Shown: positions 1 to 11,900 of the stretch, piece after piece
How positions within the stretch are numbered: the first letter of the stretch is position 1
Layout: each line of letters starts with the position of its first letter
DNA from: an uncultured Luminiphilus sp.
GTDB taxonomy: Bacteria > Pseudomonadota > Gammaproteobacteria > Pseudomonadales > Halieaceae
DNA length: 64,000 nt
Assembly: GCA_963926325.1 (NCBI GenBank)
Contig: CAWUXF010000013.1
Location: 28,177 to 92,176, forward strand
Reading direction: 5' to 3'
Translations under genes and position numbers: made by a program
The notes under the pieces: model-generated
The model's database searches: none
What the model was told of the DNA's origin: nothing
The model's input: only the letters and a program-made list of their open reading frames with translations

Positions 1-617
1 CCAATAGTGACCACTTCAGCACCTAACTCAGAAAACACCGACGGTGCAATGTGATAAGTCGCACCATGTGCGCAATCGACAACAATCTTAAGCCCCTGCA
101 GGGAAAACCCCTCGGGCAAGGTCGCCTTGCAAAACTCAATATAGCGTCCCGCTGCGTCCACTATGCGTGAAGCCTTACCTAGCTGATCTGAGTCCACAGT
201 GACAATAGGCTGCTCCAACGCAGCTTCAATCGCATACTCAACTTCGTCCGATAGTTTCGTGCCACGATGGCAGAAAAATTTGATGCCATTGTCATAAAAC
301 GGGTTGTGCGAGGCACTAATGACAATACCCGCCGAGGCATTTTGCGTGCGCGTCATTAACGCCACTCCAGGCGTGGGCATCGGGCCGAGTAGCTTAACGT
401 CGACACCGGCAGCCACCAGACCCGCCTCAAGCGCAGACTCGAGCATATAGCCCGACACACGGGTATCTTTACCGATAATCACCGACGGACGACCTGTGCG
501 CTGTTCAGCAAAAACACGACCACAAGCCCAGCCCAAGCGCAGCATAAAATCAGGGGTGATTGGCGCAGTACCCACCCGCCCACGAATACCATCGGTACCA
601 AAATATTTCTTAGCCAT
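1..617 (-). CDS. glmM: Phosphoglucosamine mutase, N-terminal part (gene runs off the left edge)
   Basis: My reverse-strand translation from the ATG at 617-615 reads [24 protein letters not shown]...[19 protein letters not shown] (phosphohexomutase active-site Ser loop). The ATG overlaps the folP stop (TAATG). folP-glmM synteny matches E. coli. Confidence 0.9.
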   Translation of the reverse strand, partial: MAKKYFGTDGIRGRVGTAPITPDFMLRLGWACGRVFAEQRTGRPSVIIGKDTRVSGYMLESALEAGLVAAGVDVKLLGPMPTPGVALMTRTQNASAGIVISASHNPFYDNGIKFFCHRGTKLSDEVEYAIEAALEQPIVTVDSDQLGKASRIVDAAGRYIEFCKATLPEGFSLQGLKIVVDCAHGATYHIAPSVFSELGAEVVTI

Positions 618-1531
618 TATTCAAAGCGCTCCATAGCCGACACCATCGCTAGTGCGTCAGCGGTCTCTGTTACATCATGAACACGAATCAGCCGTGCGCC
701 GGCGTTGGCGGCCAACACAGCCAGCGCCAGACTCGCCGGTAATCGTGCATCCGCCGGTCGATCAATGACCGCTGCAATCATCGACTTTCTAGACAAACCT
801 GCCAAGACCGGCTGGCCAATTGCGACAATTTCGTCTAATCGACGCAACAACTCATAGTTATGCGCTGCAGACTTACCAAATCCGAAACCCGGGTCAAGCA
901 AAATTTTCTGTCGCTCAATACCTGCCAACAAGCAGCTATCGCGACGCGCCATGAGAAACTGAGATACCTCATCCACAACATCTCTATATTGGGGACGTGC
1001 TTGCATGGTGTCGGGCTGACCTCGCATATGCATCAGACACACCGGCAGTCCAGTTTTTTTGGCCGCAGCAATTGCGCCATCGCGCGTCAATGCGCGAACA
1101 TCATTAATTAGCCGGGCACCCAAAACAGCGCCCTGCAACATCACTGCAGGCGAGCTGGTATCTAAAGAGATTACAGTATCAAAGCGCCGCAAAAGCGCTT
1201 CAACCGCGGGAAGAACACGATCGAGCTCTTCTTGCTCAGAAATTTCGGTCGCGCCTGGGCGGGTCGACTCGCCACCGACGTCCAACACTGCAGCGCCGGC
1301 CTTGACCATCGCTTCAGCGCGATGACAAAGCGTATCGAGCGCCAGCTTACCCCCGCTAAATAACTGCCCAGCATCCGAAAAAGAATCTGGCGTCACATTG
1401 AGCACGCCCATAATACGTGGGCGACTCAAATCGAGAGAGATGCCAGCGCAATCGAGCGCTGCGCTGGGCAACTGACTGTCCACTAGCCGATCAATGCTCC
1501 CCGGCAGGGTCGCCAATTGGACCCGCGGCAT
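617..1531 (-). CDS. folP: Dihydropteroate synthase
   Basis: The ORF 617..1645 contains [14 protein letters not shown] and the pterin-binding core. The maximal ORF overlaps ftsH by about 150 nt, so I prefer the ATG at 1531 (MPRVQLATL...). A GTG at 1483, 8 nt after the ftsH stop, is an alternative. Confidence 0.9.
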   Translation of the reverse strand: MPRVQLATLPGSIDRLVDSQLPSAALDCAGISLDLSRPRIMGVLNVTPDSFSDAGQLFSGGKLALDTLCHRAEAMVKAGAAVLDVGGESTRPGATEISEQEELDRVLPAVEALLRRFDTVISLDTSSPAVMLQGAVLGARLINDVRALTRDGAIAAAKKTGLPVCLMHMRGQPDTMQARPQYRDVVDEVSQFLMARRDSCLLAGIERQKILLDPGFGFGKSAAHNYELLRRLDEIVAIGQPVLAGLSRKSMIAAVIDRPADARLPASLALAVLAANAGARLIRVHDVTETADALAMVSAMERFE

Positions 1532-3416
1532 CTTCGGACGCGGCGGAGTCGGTATCATCCGGTTTTTTAGCCTTATCACCGGCTGTCCAATCCGCCGGTG
1601 GCTTAGGCGGTTTACCGGCCATAATATCGGCGATCTGATCCGCATCGATAGTCTCGAAGTCCATTAAAGCGTCGGCCATCATGTCGAGTTTGTCGCGATG
1701 TTCCTCGAGGATCTGACGCGCCTTTTCGTAACACTCATCAATAATCTTGCGCACTTCATGGTCAATGGCTCGCACCGTGTCGTCGGACATCGTTTTGGAT
1801 GACTGGGTCGCCGAGCGGCCCAAGAAGACCTCATCGCCGCTTTCGTCATATAAAAGTGGTCCGAGCGCTTCCGACAGCCCCCATTTCGTCACCATATTAC
1901 GTGCGATCTCTGTCGCGCGCTGAATGTCATTAGAGGCGCCGGTGGTAATACCATCTTTGCCTAAGGTCATCTCTTCAGCGACACGGCCACCAAACAAACT
2001 GGTTACCTGACCAATAATATGACGGCGACTATGACTGTAACGATCTTCCTCAGGCAAGAACATCGTGACACCCAATGCTCGCCCGCGAGGAATAATGGAC
2101 ACCTTGTAAACAGGGTCGTGCTCGGGCATCAAACGACCAACAATGGCATGACCTGCTTCGTGGTAAGCCGTATTTCGCTTTTCCGACTCAGACATCACCA
2201 TCGAGCGGCGCTCTGCCCCCATCATAATTTTATCTTTCGCCAACTCAAACTGCTGCATCGAGACGACCCGCGAGCCCGTTCTTGCGGCAAATAAGGCCGC
2301 CTCATTAACCAAGTTAGCTAAATCAGCACCAGAGAAACCCGGCGTGCCGCGTGCAATTTTTGATGAAACTACATCTTCACCCAGCGGTACTTTGCGCATA
2401 TGTACATTAAGAATTTGCTCACGGCCACGAATATCAGGTAGCCCAACCACCACCTGCCGATCGAAGCGGCCCGGGCGCAACAGAGCCGGGTCTAAAACAT
2501 CAGGACGGTTGGTAGCGGCAATCACAATGACACCGGCATTAGCCTCAAAGCCATCCATTTCCACCAGTAACTGATTGAGTGTTTGCTCCCGCTCATCGTT
2601 TCCGCCGCCTACACCTGCGCCACGATGACGACCCACCGCATCAATTTCATCAATAAAAATAATGCAAGGTGCCTGTTTCTTGGCTTGCTCAAACATGTCA
2701 CGTACGCGCGACGCACCGACACCGACAAACATCTCGACAAAGTCAGAACCTGAAATCGAGAAAAACGGTACTTTGGCTTCACCGGCAATCGCTTTAGCTA
2801 ACAGTGTCTTGCCCGTGCCTGGCTGCCCAACCATCAGTACACCGCGAGGGATTCGTCCGCCAAGCTTTTGGAATCGACTGGGGTCGCGCAAAAACTCCAC
2901 CAGTTCCTGCACATCTTCCTTAGCCTCTTCGACGCCAGCCACATCGGCAAATGTCGTGGTGATTTGATCTTCGCCCAACAGTTTTGCTTTGCTTTTACCA
3001 AAACTCATTGGACCGCCACGACCGCCACCGCCGCCCTGCATTTGTCGCATAAAAAACATAAATACAGCGATGATAATCAGGATGGGGAAGCTGGCGACTA
3101 GCAGCTGCATCCAGACGCTCTGTTGCTCTGGCTTGCGACCTTCGACAACAACGTTGTGCGAAAGCAGATCATCCATCAACTTTGGATCCTCTACCATCGG
3201 CCTAACCGTCTCGAATGTAGACCCATCAATACGCTCGCCATTGATGGTTAAGCCATCAACAACAACCTTTTTGAGGCGGTCGTTCTGCACCTCTTGGATG
3301 AACTCCGAGTAGCCAACCTGCTCCGTGCTGTCCTGCATATTGAAATTATTGAACACAGACAGCAATACAGCCGCAATGACCAGCCAAAGGAGTAAATTTT
3401 TCGCCATATTGTTCAA
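1491..3416 (-). CDS. ftsH: ATP-dependent zinc metalloprotease FtsH
   Basis: 641 aa with N-terminal TM segments, AAA+ Walker [14 protein letters not shown], and the zinc motif HEAGHA. rlmE-ftsH-folP-glmM synteny. Confidence 0.97.
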   Translation of the reverse strand: MNNMAKNLLLWLVIAAVLLSVFNNFNMQDSTEQVGYSEFIQEVQNDRLKKVVVDGLTINGERIDGSTFETVRPMVEDPKLMDDLLSHNVVVEGRKPEQQSVWMQLLVASFPILIIIAVFMFFMRQMQGGGGGRGGPMSFGKSKAKLLGEDQITTTFADVAGVEEAKEDVQELVEFLRDPSRFQKLGGRIPRGVLMVGQPGTGKTLLAKAIAGEAKVPFFSISGSDFVEMFVGVGASRVRDMFEQAKKQAPCIIFIDEIDAVGRHRGAGVGGGNDEREQTLNQLLVEMDGFEANAGVIVIAATNRPDVLDPALLRPGRFDRQVVVGLPDIRGREQILNVHMRKVPLGEDVVSSKIARGTPGFSGADLANLVNEAALFAARTGSRVVSMQQFELAKDKIMMGAERRSMVMSESEKRNTAYHEAGHAIVGRLMPEHDPVYKVSIIPRGRALGVTMFLPEEDRYSHSRRHIIGQVTSLFGGRVAEEMTLGKDGITTGASNDIQRATEIARNMVTKWGLSEALGPLLYDESGDEVFLGRSATQSSKTMSDDTVRAIDHEVRKIIDECYEKARQILEEHRDKLDMMADALMDFETIDADQIADIMAGKPPKPPADWTAGDKAKKPDDTDSAASEDAAGPIGDPAGEH

Positions 3417-3541
3417 AGCCTCGACCCTCGGTTAAGACAGTATAAAAAGTTTAGTCGCCGCACAGTATAGCGCGCCTATGCTCTAGATATAACGGTGTAT
3501 CAAGAGACCCACATCTGAATATATTAATTGAGCAATAACTA

Positions 3542-3571
3542 ACATGAAGGCGTCCGTGCGATTTTTCAAGG
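3542..3571 (-). promoter_or_regulatory. Possible sigma-32 (heat-shock) type promoter upstream of ftsH
   Basis: The minus strand reads CTTGAAA, then a 13-14 nt spacer, then CCTTCATGT. This resembles the E. coli sigma-32 consensus CTTGAAA-N13-14-CCCCATNT. Hand-matched only, and the -10 element is imperfect. Confidence 0.25.
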
Positions 3572-3675
3572 CGCATTCTGCCAAACCTGACCTCAGACAA
3601 CATCAAGCATCACTAAATTCGCGCAATTACTTGCGAGTAGGTGTGTGAGAATAGACATCTGCCGCAGGCCAATGT

Positions 3676-4305
3676 TTAAGATTTCGGCCTAAAGCCTGTG
3701 GCGACAAGGTACACCTCTCGAGATCTGGGACGAGAAGCCTCTGGTTTGCGCGTCAAAACACGCGAAAAATGTTGCCGACATTGTACCATCAGATCATCAA
3801 ACCCCTCGCCATGAAATACCTTGACCAATAAGGCGCCGTCCACGGGAAGGACACGACAGGCAAGATCGAGCGCCAGCTCAACCAAATACATGGCGCGCGG
3901 CTGATCAACGGCACTGACGCCACTCATATTAGGCGCCATGTCAGATATGACCAAACTCGGCGGATTACGCTCAAGTGCTGTGAGAATTTCAGCAAAGACC
4001 AGGTCCTCAGTAAAATCCCCTTGAATAAACTCAACACCAGCCAACTGATCCATTAATAAGATATCGCTGGCCACCACATAACCGCGGTGTCCAACCAGAT
4101 CGACCGCCACTTGCGACCATCCGCCCGGTGCACTGCCGAGATCTAGCACCGTCATTCCCGGCTTGATCAGCTTGTCGCGATCATTAATCTCCATCAACTT
4201 ATAGCAGGCACGAGAGCGATAACCCTCCTTTTGGGCACGCTGCACGTAGGGATCATCGCGATGCTCTTTTAGCCACGCGCGACTCGATGAACGTTTCTTA
4301 ACCAT
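3676..4305 (-). CDS. rlmE: 23S rRNA (uridine2552-2'-O)-methyltransferase RlmE/FtsJ
   Basis: 209 aa with the SAM-binding motif [13 protein letters not shown]. FtsJ family, located upstream of ftsH and divergent from yhbY as in E. coli. Confidence 0.95.
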   Translation of the reverse strand: MVKKRSSSRAWLKEHRDDPYVQRAQKEGYRSRACYKLMEINDRDKLIKPGMTVLDLGSAPGGWSQVAVDLVGHRGYVVASDILLMDQLAGVEFIQGDFTEDLVFAEILTALERNPPSLVISDMAPNMSGVSAVDQPRAMYLVELALDLACRVLPVDGALLVKVFHGEGFDDLMVQCRQHFSRVLTRKPEASRPRSREVYLVATGFRPKS

Positions 4306-4367
4306 TTGACCAGCGACTCCTTAACAAAACCCGTATAGACTGCAGAAAATCTTTATAGTGTGACACC

Positions 4368-4703
4368 ATGAACGCAGAATCGAAGAACAACAAGCCGCGT
4401 CTTAGCAACGCGCAAGTCAAGCAATACCGGGCTGTCGCCCATCAGCTCAGCCCAGTTGTCACCATCGCAGGCGCGGGTTTGAGCGAAGGCGTGATGCTGG
4501 AACTCGATCGTGCACTCCGAGATCATGAGCTAATCAAGATAAAAGTGGCCGTTGGCGACCGAGATGCTCGTGATGCAGCTATCGCCGATCTATGCACTCG
4601 CAGCCAAGCAACGCTCATACAACGCATTGGTAACACAGCAACACTGTTGAGGCGCAACTCGCAAGCCGACCCACGTAAGTCAAACTTGATGCGCAGCCCA
4701 TAA
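4368..4703 (+). CDS. yhbY: Ribosome assembly RNA-binding protein YhbY (CRM domain)
   Basis: 111 aa. The stretch LSPVVTIAGAGLSEGVMLELDRALRDHELIKIKV aligns with E. coli YhbY. Divergent from rlmE. Confidence 0.85.
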   Translation: MNAESKNNKPRLSNAQVKQYRAVAHQLSPVVTIAGAGLSEGVMLELDRALRDHELIKIKVAVGDRDARDAAIADLCTRSQATLIQRIGNTATLLRRNSQADPRKSNLMRSP

Positions 4704-4818
4704 GTTGTAATCTGCTTGCGATTATAAGCCGGCACGCTTAATCGGTAGACACATAACGACAAAGCGACAAGCCAAGCTAATGCACACTGCATGCGTATCT
4801 GAAGTCGCAAGGCAGCCC

Positions 4819-6651
4819 TCAGGACAACAAGGTTGCGATATTGAAGACAAGCACGGCTGCCGTGTAAGCCAATATCAAATAGGCCAGCAGCATCTTCAAT
4901 GCAAATTTAGTCGAACCCGACTCACGGGCCAAAATAGCGACTGTCGACACGCACTGCAAAGCAATGGCGAAGAACACCAGTAGCGCCAAACCTGAGCCAA
5001 AGTGCAAACCACTTGCCTGAATTTGATCAACTAGCGGCGCCGCATTGTCTTCGGCACCCTGTATACCGAAAATAGTACCCAGCGTGCCTACAAACACTTC
5101 GCGCGCCAGAAAGGAACTGATAATCGCCACGCCATAACGCCAGTCTAAACCAATGGGCGTAAAAACAGGCTCGATGACCCGGCCTATACTGCCCAACCAA
5201 GAGCCGGCTAAATCAGCGCCATAATTAGGGAAATAACCCAACACCCAAACAACCACCGTCACCGCTAAAATGACCTTGCCAGCCTTGGTCACAAAGTCAC
5301 GACTACGGTGCATGGCATTGCGTAAAATTGGACGAAAACCCGGCAGCCGATACGGCGGCAATTCAAGCACAAACGGTAAATCACTCTTTTCGGTGCGGTT
5401 AAAGCGACTAGCAATACCGGTGACCAATAAACCAAAGAATAAACCGAAGAAATAAATGCCAAACATCGCTAGTCCCTGCCAGCCGAGCAAACCGCCGAAC
5501 AGGGTTTCCGCGGGAATAAATGTGGCAATTAACAGCGCGTAAACTGGCAGGCGCGCCGAGCAGGGCATCAGTGGAATTGCCATATAGGTCATGAGCCGCT
5601 GCCGAGGGGAATCCACCGCACGCGCTGCATATATTGCCGGAATGGCACAGGCAACGCCCGAAAGCATAGGGATAAAACTCTTACCCGTAAGGCCAAAAAT
5701 TCGCAACGGCCGATGACAGATTAGCGCAGCACGCGCGAGATACCCCGAATCTTCGAGCAATCCAATAATGAAGGTCAGGACAAAAATCTGCGGCGCAAAC
5801 ACTAAAAATGCGCCAACCCCACCAAACAGTGCATCGGACACAAAGTCAGCAATCACAGGCTGTCCTATCATGGGCACGATCGCCGCACCGAGATAGCTAA
5901 CCGAGGCTTCAACACCATCCATAACCGGCGCCGACCAACTGAAGATCGCTTGAAATAGCACCACCATAATCGCGAAAAAGGCGATACCTCCCGTCAGCCC
6001 ATTCAAAAAGAAGCGGTCCAACTTAGTCTGGGCATTGACCAGCACATCGCCGCGAGGTCCATATCTGTGTGCGAGTTGGTGGGCCGTACCGCGCAGCAGT
6101 GCGTCGGGGGTATCTGCCCACCGCGGCGTCGTGACATCGTCTCGAATTAACACCTGCCGCAATCGCGCTATCACTGTATCAATACCGCTACCGCTGCGGG
6201 CTGAAACCATCAATATCGGCGCCCCTACTTCTTGCTGCAAACCTTCGACGTCAAAATCTAATTGATTGCTCTGCAACACGTCAGCCATATTGGCCAAAAC
6301 GGTGATCGGCTTACCATGCCGCTGACAATCGCGGATTACTTGCAACGTAAAGTACAGGCTCTTTTCAAGCCGCGTGGCATCGACGACACACAAGACGTGA
6401 CGAACTTCAGAATCTGCCAGCGCACGACGAAAGTACTCAACGGCCACCTCCTCTTCAGCAGAGATGGGCTGCAGAGAATAGGTGCCGGGGAAATCCATCA
6501 GCTCCACATCGGGCATATGCGTCAAAGTACCTGAGGTCACATCGACCGTAATACCAGGAAAGTTCGCAACTTTTTGACTCATACCGGTCAGGCGATTGAA
6601 CAGCGAACTCTTTCCAGAATTAGGGCTGCCAATGAGAAGCACTTTATTCAT
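4819..6651 (-). CDS. feoB: Ferrous iron transporter FeoB
   Basis: 610 aa with an N-terminal G domain (GSPNSGKSSLFN, DFPGTYSL) followed by a polytopic membrane domain. The start overlaps the feoA stop (ATGA). Confidence 0.95.
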   Translation of the reverse strand: MNKVLLIGSPNSGKSSLFNRLTGMSQKVANFPGITVDVTSGTLTHMPDVELMDFPGTYSLQPISAEEEVAVEYFRRALADSEVRHVLCVVDATRLEKSLYFTLQVIRDCQRHGKPITVLANMADVLQSNQLDFDVEGLQQEVGAPILMVSARSGSGIDTVIARLRQVLIRDDVTTPRWADTPDALLRGTAHQLAHRYGPRGDVLVNAQTKLDRFFLNGLTGGIAFFAIMVVLFQAIFSWSAPVMDGVEASVSYLGAAIVPMIGQPVIADFVSDALFGGVGAFLVFAPQIFVLTFIIGLLEDSGYLARAALICHRPLRIFGLTGKSFIPMLSGVACAIPAIYAARAVDSPRQRLMTYMAIPLMPCSARLPVYALLIATFIPAETLFGGLLGWQGLAMFGIYFFGLFFGLLVTGIASRFNRTEKSDLPFVLELPPYRLPGFRPILRNAMHRSRDFVTKAGKVILAVTVVVWVLGYFPNYGADLAGSWLGSIGRVIEPVFTPIGLDWRYGVAIISSFLAREVFVGTLGTIFGIQGAEDNAAPLVDQIQASGLHFGSGLALLVFFAIALQCVSTVAILARESGSTKFALKMLLAYLILAYTAAVLVFNIATLLS

Positions 6652-6929
6652 GAGGTAAGCACTTTTACCGTGGCGCGGACAAAAACTCGGCTAGCGATGT
6701 CGTCATCTAAAGAAAACACAGTGTTGCTCACTCGATAGACTTTGGGCGCACCGAAACCAGGCGCAATCAAGCAAGAAACTGTTTCCCCAGGATGAAAGCC
6801 AAACTCCATCAAGCGCACCCGATAGGGCTCGGGTAAAGCGCTGTCGAAACCAATCACATCGACCTCATCGCCCGGCATGAGCGACCACAAATTCAACGTG
6901 TTTTCAGTAGATGACATAGCGACAACCAT
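6648..6929 (-). CDS. feoA: Ferrous iron transport protein FeoA
   Basis: Small SH3-like FeoA-family ORF translationally coupled to feoB. The start is either the ATG at 6929 or the ATG at 6917 (MSSTENT...). Confidence 0.85.
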   Translation of the reverse strand: MVVAMSSTENTLNLWSLMPGDEVDVIGFDSALPEPYRVRLMEFGFHPGETVSCLIAPGFGAPKVYRVSNTVFSLDDDIASRVFVRATVKVLTS

Positions 6930-6943
6930 GCAAATGAGGGCGA

Positions 6944-6972
6944 ATTTTACTACAAATGAGAACGATTCACAA
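6944..6972 (-). promoter_or_regulatory. Sigma-70 type promoter of feoAB
   Basis: The minus strand reads TTGTGA (6972-6967), a 17-nt spacer, then TAAAAT (6949-6944), just upstream of feoA. Confidence 0.45.
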
Positions 6973-6992
6973 AGGAGAATGATTGATATATC
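6952..6992 (-). promoter_or_regulatory. Two adjacent Fur-box-like sites overlapping the feoAB promoter
   Basis: ACAAATGAGAACGATTCAC (6952-6970) and GAGAATGATTGATATATC (6975-6992) each match roughly 11 positions of the 19-bp Fur consensus GATAATGATAATCATTATC by hand count. They overlap the -35 and spacer. feo operons are classically Fur-repressed. Confidence 0.4.
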
Positions 6993-7059
6993 GGGAAGGC
7001 GACCTCAGTGCAATGCGTGCACGCTAGGGTTGAGGTCGCATGATCAGCTGTCGTTTTTA

Positions 7060-7533
7060 TTAATGATGTACCCGGTCAATTTCATAGCAAATATCACCGC
7101 TAGGCGCCTTCACAACCACTTCATCGCCTTCATGCTTGCCTACTAGGGCGCGAGCAATGGGCGAGTTCACCGAAATGCGATTATTTTTTACATCTGCCTC
7201 ATCTTCACCGACGATACGATAGCTGACAGCTTGCTCAGTATCTAAATTGATCAGATCGACGGTAGCACCAAAGATGACCTTGCCCGTATGCGGTATGGTG
7301 CTGATATCAATAATTTGCGCATAAGATAATTTGTGCTCGATCTCTTTAAGGCGGCCCTCAGCGAAACTTTGCTGCTCACGAGCGGCGTGATATTCCGCGT
7401 TTTCTTTTAAATCACCATGCTCACGCGCATCGGCGATCGCTTGTGAGATTCGCGGGCGATCAACTTTTTTCAACCGCTCGAGCTCCTCACGCAGCGCGCG
7501 CTCTCCGGCAACGGTCATCGGTACTTTATTCAT
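7060..7533 (-). CDS. greA: Transcription elongation factor GreA
   Basis: 157 aa with an N-terminal coiled coil (REELERLK...) and a C-terminal FKBP-like domain. The start overlaps the carB stop (ATGA). carA-carB-greA order matches Pseudomonas. Confidence 0.95.
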   Translation of the reverse strand: MNKVPMTVAGERALREELERLKKVDRPRISQAIADAREHGDLKENAEYHAAREQQSFAEGRLKEIEHKLSYAQIIDISTIPHTGKVIFGATVDLINLDTEQAVSYRIVGEDEADVKNNRISVNSPIARALVGKHEGDEVVVKAPSGDICYEIDRVHH

Positions 7534-10500
7534 CGAACAATCCCCTCATGCAAATCTTGTAAGCGACGGACGGTTACATCAGTTTCTTGCTCTAGTGCCA
7601 TACACACAGCTTCCGCAGCTGCTAACGTCGTGGTGTAGAAAACACCATGCTGTTCTGCACTGGATCTTATCGGCGCCGAGTCAAGCGTGGCACGCCGGCC
7701 CTCAGTTGTATTGATTATCATGCAGGCTTCATCATTTTTGATCAAATCTACAATATGAGGCCTACCTTCGGCCACTTTGTTAACGCGACGTACGTCGAGC
7801 CCTGCCGCCTCTAATACCGCCGCAGTGCCCTTAGTCGCCGCCATTGTGAAACCCCGGGCGCATAACTTCTTAGCGACGACAACGGCACCTGGCTTGTCCA
7901 CATCGCGCACGCTGATCAATACTAGGCCCGCGGTCGGCGGCTCATCCCCTGCACCTAACTGCGCCTTTGCAAACGCCGCAGCGAATGTATCGCCAGTGCC
8001 CATAACCTCCCCAGTTGATTTCATTTCTGGACCAAGAATTGGGTCTATACCAGGGAATTTATTAAACGGTAGTACGGCTTCTTTGACGCTGTAATAATTG
8101 GGTATCACCTCTTTGGTAAATCCCTGCGCAACGAGCGACTGGCCGGCCATACAGCGGGCCGCTATCTTGGCCAAGGAAACACCGACGGCCTTGGAGACGA
8201 ATGGTACAGTGCGCGAAGCGCGCGGATTGACTTCGATCACGTAAATCTCGTTGTCTTGATAAGCGAGCTGAACGTTCATCAACCCACACACCTCTAGCTC
8301 AATCGCCATGGCCTTAACAACATCACGCATTTGATCCTGAACATCGGCAGGTAAACTATAAGGTGGCAGTGAACACGCGGAATCACCTGAGTGAACACCC
8401 GCCTGTTCAATGTGCTGCATGATGGCGCCGATAACGACGTCATTACCATCGCTAACCGCGTCGATATCTACCTCTATCGCGGCACTTAAAAAACTATCAA
8501 GCAGTACCGGAGAATCATCAGAGACACGCACTGCGTCGCGCATATACCGGAGCAGATCTTCTTCGCGATAGACGATTTCCATTGCTCGACCACCCAGCAC
8601 ATACGAAGGACGTACTACCAGTGGGTATCCAATAGCGCGCGCCGCCTCGACCGCCTGGTCAACACTGCGCACCGTCGTATTTGCAGGCTGACGAAGTCCG
8701 AGCTTTTGAATCATGTGCTGGAATCGCTCACGATCCTCGGCGCGATCGATCTGGTCTGGGCTAGTCCCAATAATTGGCACACCCGCAGCTTCAAGCGCTC
8801 GCGCCAGCTTTAATGGCGTCTGACCACCAAACTGCACGATGACACCCTCGGGCTTCTCCAGGGTAATAATCTCCAGTACATCCTCGAGTGTTACCGGTTC
8901 GAAATACAGCCGATCAGAAGTGTCATAGTCTGTTGAAACAGTCTCAGGATTACAGTTGACCATAATCGTTTCATAGCCATCCTCACGCATCGCCAACACC
9001 GCGTGTACACAGCAATAGTCGAACTCAATACCCTGGCCAATGCGATTAGGACCGCCGCCCAGCACAATAATTTTTTTACGTGCACTCGGGAGCGCTTCGC
9101 ACTCATCTTCGTAGGTCGAATACATATAGGCCGTTGACGAAGCAAATTCAGCCGCACAGGTATCAACGCGCTTATAAACGGGCTTAATGTTCAAATCGTG
9201 GCGGTAGGTACGCATCTTGGACTCACTGACATCCAACACAGCAGCCAGTCGCGCATCAGAAAAGCCCTTTCGTTTAAGTCGACGCAATTCATCGTGGTCG
9301 ATGCTGTCGAGCTGCCGTCCAGTCAGGCCCTGCTCAGTGGCAACAAGATCTTCTATCTGCACTAAGAACCAAGGGTCAATCCCCGAGTAGCCAGCGACCT
9401 CATCTATAGTGAATCCGGCACGGAATGCATCTGCCAAATACCAAATTCGCTCAGCACTGGGATGTGTCAGATGATCGATAAGCTCTGCGCGCGAGTCCTC
9501 ATCGGTCACCGTCATCACCGACTCTAAACCTGCAGAATCGACCTCTAAGCCGCGAATAGCTTTTTGAAACGATTCTTGAAAGGTACGACCAATCGCCATT
9601 ACCTCACCAACCGATTTCATTTGAGTGGTCAGGCGCGCGTCAGCCGCGGCAAATTTCTCGAAAGCAAAGCGTGGAATTTTCGTGACGACGTAATCAATCG
9701 ATGGTTCGAAGGAAGCCGGCGTTAAACCACCGGTAATATCGTTCGCCAGTTCGTCTAAGGTGTAACCGATCGCCAATTTTGCCGCAACTTTTGCGATGGG
9801 AAACCCGGTGGCCTTTGAAGCGAGTGCCGATGAGCGAGATACCCGCGGATTCATTTCGATAACGACCAGGCGTCCCGTGTCTGGGCACATACCAAACTGC
9901 ACATTTGAGCCGCCGGTTTCAACACCAATTTCGCGCAGCACCGCCAGCGAGGCATTGCGCATGATTTGATATTCTTTATCAGTCAGCGTCTGCGCAGGTG
10001 CAACAGTAATCGAGTCACCCGTATGAACGCCCATGGCATCAAAATTCTCGATCGCACAAATAATAATGCAGTTATCGTTGCGGTCGCGCACCACCTCCAT
10101 TTCATACTCTTTCCAGCCAATAAGTGATTCATCAATCAACAACTCATTGGTGGGCGATAGCTCGAGGCCGCGTGTACAGATGGTCTCGAATTCTTCGCGA
10201 TTGTAGGCAATACCTCCACCCGAACCACCCATTGTGAATGACGGTCGGATAATGCACGGAAAACCCAGTTTTTCAAGAACCTGATTCGCCTGCTCCATAC
10301 TGCGAGCAATGGATGCGCGCGGCGTCTCAAGACCGATACGCTTCATCGCCTTGTCAAAACGCTCGCGATTTTCAGCTTTATCGATCGAATCAGCTTTGGC
10401 ACCGATCATCTCGACACCAAACTTCTCGAGCACCCCGTGATCAGCCAATTGCAGCGCGCAGTTGAGTGCAGTTTGACCACCCATTGTGGGCAAAATAGCA

Positions 10501-10751
10501 TCTGGTCGCTCGCGCTCGATGATACGGGCAACCGTTTGCCATTCGACGGGCTCGATGTAGGTGGCATCAGCCATCGCCGGATCCGTCATGATTGTCGCGG
10601 GATTGGAGTTGACCAGAATGACCCGGTAACCCTCTTCTCTTAAGGCTTTGCAGGCCTGAGCGCCGGAATAGTCAAACTCACAGGCTTGACCAATCACAAT
10701 GGGCCCTGCACCAAGGATCAAAATACTCTTGATATCGGTCCTTCTTGGCAT
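7530..10751 (-). CDS. carB: Carbamoyl-phosphate synthase large subunit
   Basis: 1073 aa with duplicated ATP-grasp halves and a C-terminal MGS-like allosteric domain. The N-terminus reads [30 protein letters not shown]. Confidence 0.98.
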   Translation of the reverse strand: MPRRTDIKSILILGAGPIVIGQACEFDYSGAQACKALREEGYRVILVNSNPATIMTDPAMADATYIEPVEWQTVARIIERERPDAILPTMGGQTALNCALQLADHGVLEKFGVEMIGAKADSIDKAENRERFDKAMKRIGLETPRASIARSMEQANQVLEKLGFPCIIRPSFTMGGSGGGIAYNREEFETICTRGLELSPTNELLIDESLIGWKEYEMEVVRDRNDNCIIICAIENFDAMGVHTGDSITVAPAQTLTDKEYQIMRNASLAVLREIGVETGGSNVQFGMCPDTGRLVVIEMNPRVSRSSALASKATGFPIAKVAAKLAIGYTLDELANDITGGLTPASFEPSIDYVVTKIPRFAFEKFAAADARLTTQMKSVGEVMAIGRTFQESFQKAIRGLEVDSAGLESVMTVTDEDSRAELIDHLTHPSAERIWYLADAFRAGFTIDEVAGYSGIDPWFLVQIEDLVATEQGLTGRQLDSIDHDELRRLKRKGFSDARLAAVLDVSESKMRTYRHDLNIKPVYKRVDTCAAEFASSTAYMYSTYEDECEALPSARKKIIVLGGGPNRIGQGIEFDYCCVHAVLAMREDGYETIMVNCNPETVSTDYDTSDRLYFEPVTLEDVLEIITLEKPEGVIVQFGGQTPLKLARALEAAGVPIIGTSPDQIDRAEDRERFQHMIQKLGLRQPANTTVRSVDQAVEAARAIGYPLVVRPSYVLGGRAMEIVYREEDLLRYMRDAVRVSDDSPVLLDSFLSAAIEVDIDAVSDGNDVVIGAIMQHIEQAGVHSGDSACSLPPYSLPADVQDQMRDVVKAMAIELEVCGLMNVQLAYQDNEIYVIEVNPRASRTVPFVSKAVGVSLAKIAARCMAGQSLVAQGFTKEVIPNYYSVKEAVLPFNKFPGIDPILGPEMKSTGEVMGTGDTFAAAFAKAQLGAGDEPPTAGLVLISVRDVDKPGAVVVAKKLCARGFTMAATKGTAAVLEAAGLDVRRVNKVAEGRPHIVDLIKNDEACMIINTTEGRRATLDSAPIRSSAEQHGVFYTTTLAAAEAVCMALEQETDVTVRRLQDLHEGIVR

Positions 10752-10766
10752 CGCATTAACTCCGAA

Positions 10767-11900
10767 TTAGTCGGCGCGGTTAGCGCGCATTGCAGCAATA
10801 AATGGATTAAACAAACAGCCTGCTTCGTGGGGGCCTGGACTCGCCTCTGGATGCCCCTGAAAGCTGTAGGCCGGTACATCAGTGCGCGCAATGCCCTGAA
10901 GCGTCTTGTCAAATAACGACCGATGCGTCACCGACAAATTGCTTGGCAGGTCTTGCTCAGAAACCATAAAACCGTGATTTTGGCTGGTGACCATGACCGT
11001 TCCATCAGCCAGGTCTTGTACGGGATGATTGGCGCCATGATGGCCAAACTTCATTTTCTCAGTACTAGCGCCACTGGCAAGCGCCATAATTTGATGTCCA
11101 AGGCAGATACCAAACAACGGTATACCGCGCGCCATGACTTCTCTCGCCAAAGTAATCGCGTAATCACAGGGCTCTGGATCGCCTGGGCCATTGGATAAAA
11201 AGACACCATCGGGTGCGTAACTCAGCACGGTATCGATGTCAGATTGCGCGGGGACTACCTGCACGTGACAATCACGATCCACCAGCATACGTAAAATATT
11301 GCGCTTGACCCCAAGATCGACAGCGACAACTTTGAGCTGGCCGGTTTCAGGCTCCGAATGACCCACACCGTGGGTCCAGCTACCCTCTACCCATTGATAG
11401 GGCACGGCCGTCGACACTTCTTTGGCAAGATCCATACCCTTGAGCCCGGCAAAAGACTGTGCTTGAGTCAATGCAGCGGCCTCGTCGAGGTTATCCCCAG
11501 CCATCAAACAGCCCGCCTGCGCACCTTTATCACGCAATATACGGGTCAACTTTCGGGTATCAATTTCTGCAATTGCCACCGTATTGGCGGATTGTAGGTA
11601 CTCGCTCAAGGATTGCTCGCAACGGTAACTACTCGCAATCAGTGGTAGATCGCGAATAACCAGGCCCGCCGCCTTAACACCATCGGACTCCTCGTCCTCA
11701 GCGTTGGTACCGGTGTTGCCGATGTGCGGATAAGTGAGGGTGACAATTTGTCGCGCGTATGAGGGGTCGGTCAAAATCTCCTGGTAGCCAGTCATAGCAG
11801 TGTTGAACACCACCTCACCAACAACCACACCTTCAGCACCTACGGATAGGCCGCGAAAAATTGTGCCATCTTCGAGCACGAGGATAGCGGGTGTAGACAC
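10767..11900 (-). CDS. carA: Carbamoyl-phosphate synthase small (glutaminase) subunit
   Basis: Class-I amidotransferase motif GICLGHQ. The maximal ORF starts at 11957, but the GTG at 11900 has a GGAGG 5 nt upstream and gives [13 protein letters not shown]..., matching the E. coli CarA N-terminus. Confidence 0.93.
   Translation of the reverse strand: MSTPAILVLEDGTIFRGLSVGAEGVVVGEVVFNTAMTGYQEILTDPSYARQIVTLTYPHIGNTGTNAEDEESDGVKAAGLVIRDLPLIASSYRCEQSLSEYLQSANTVAIAEIDTRKLTRILRDKGAQAGCLMAGDNLDEAAALTQAQSFAGLKGMDLAKEVSTAVPYQWVEGSWTHGVGHSEPETGQLKVVAVDLGVKRNILRMLVDRDCHVQVVPAQSDIDTVLSYAPDGVFLSNGPGDPEPCDYAITLAREVMARGIPLFGICLGHQIMALASGASTEKMKFGHHGANHPVQDLADGTVMVTSQNHGFMVSEQDLPSNLSVTHRSLFDKTLQGIARTDVPAYSFQGHPEASPGPHEAGCLFNPFIAAMRANRAD

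Noticed and set aside
4819-6651. The possibility that FeoB (610 aa) is truncated relative to the 773-aa E. coli protein.
   Set aside because: The G domain and a complete polytopic membrane domain are both present and the ORF is uninterrupted. Shorter FeoB forms are common outside the enterics.
6998-7039. A hairpin GCGACCTCA...TGAGGTCGC downstream of greA, considered as a terminator.
   Set aside because: It has a 23-nt loop and no U-tract on the greA strand. It is too weak to call and may simply be part of the feoA/greA spacer.
7777-10643. Multiple 60-105-aa ORFs antisense or out of frame within carB. The same occurs inside ftsH, feoB, aspS, mrdA, tolB and others.
   Set aside because: They are fully nested in long genes with unambiguous homology. 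This is typical spurious ORF content for moderately GC-rich DNA.
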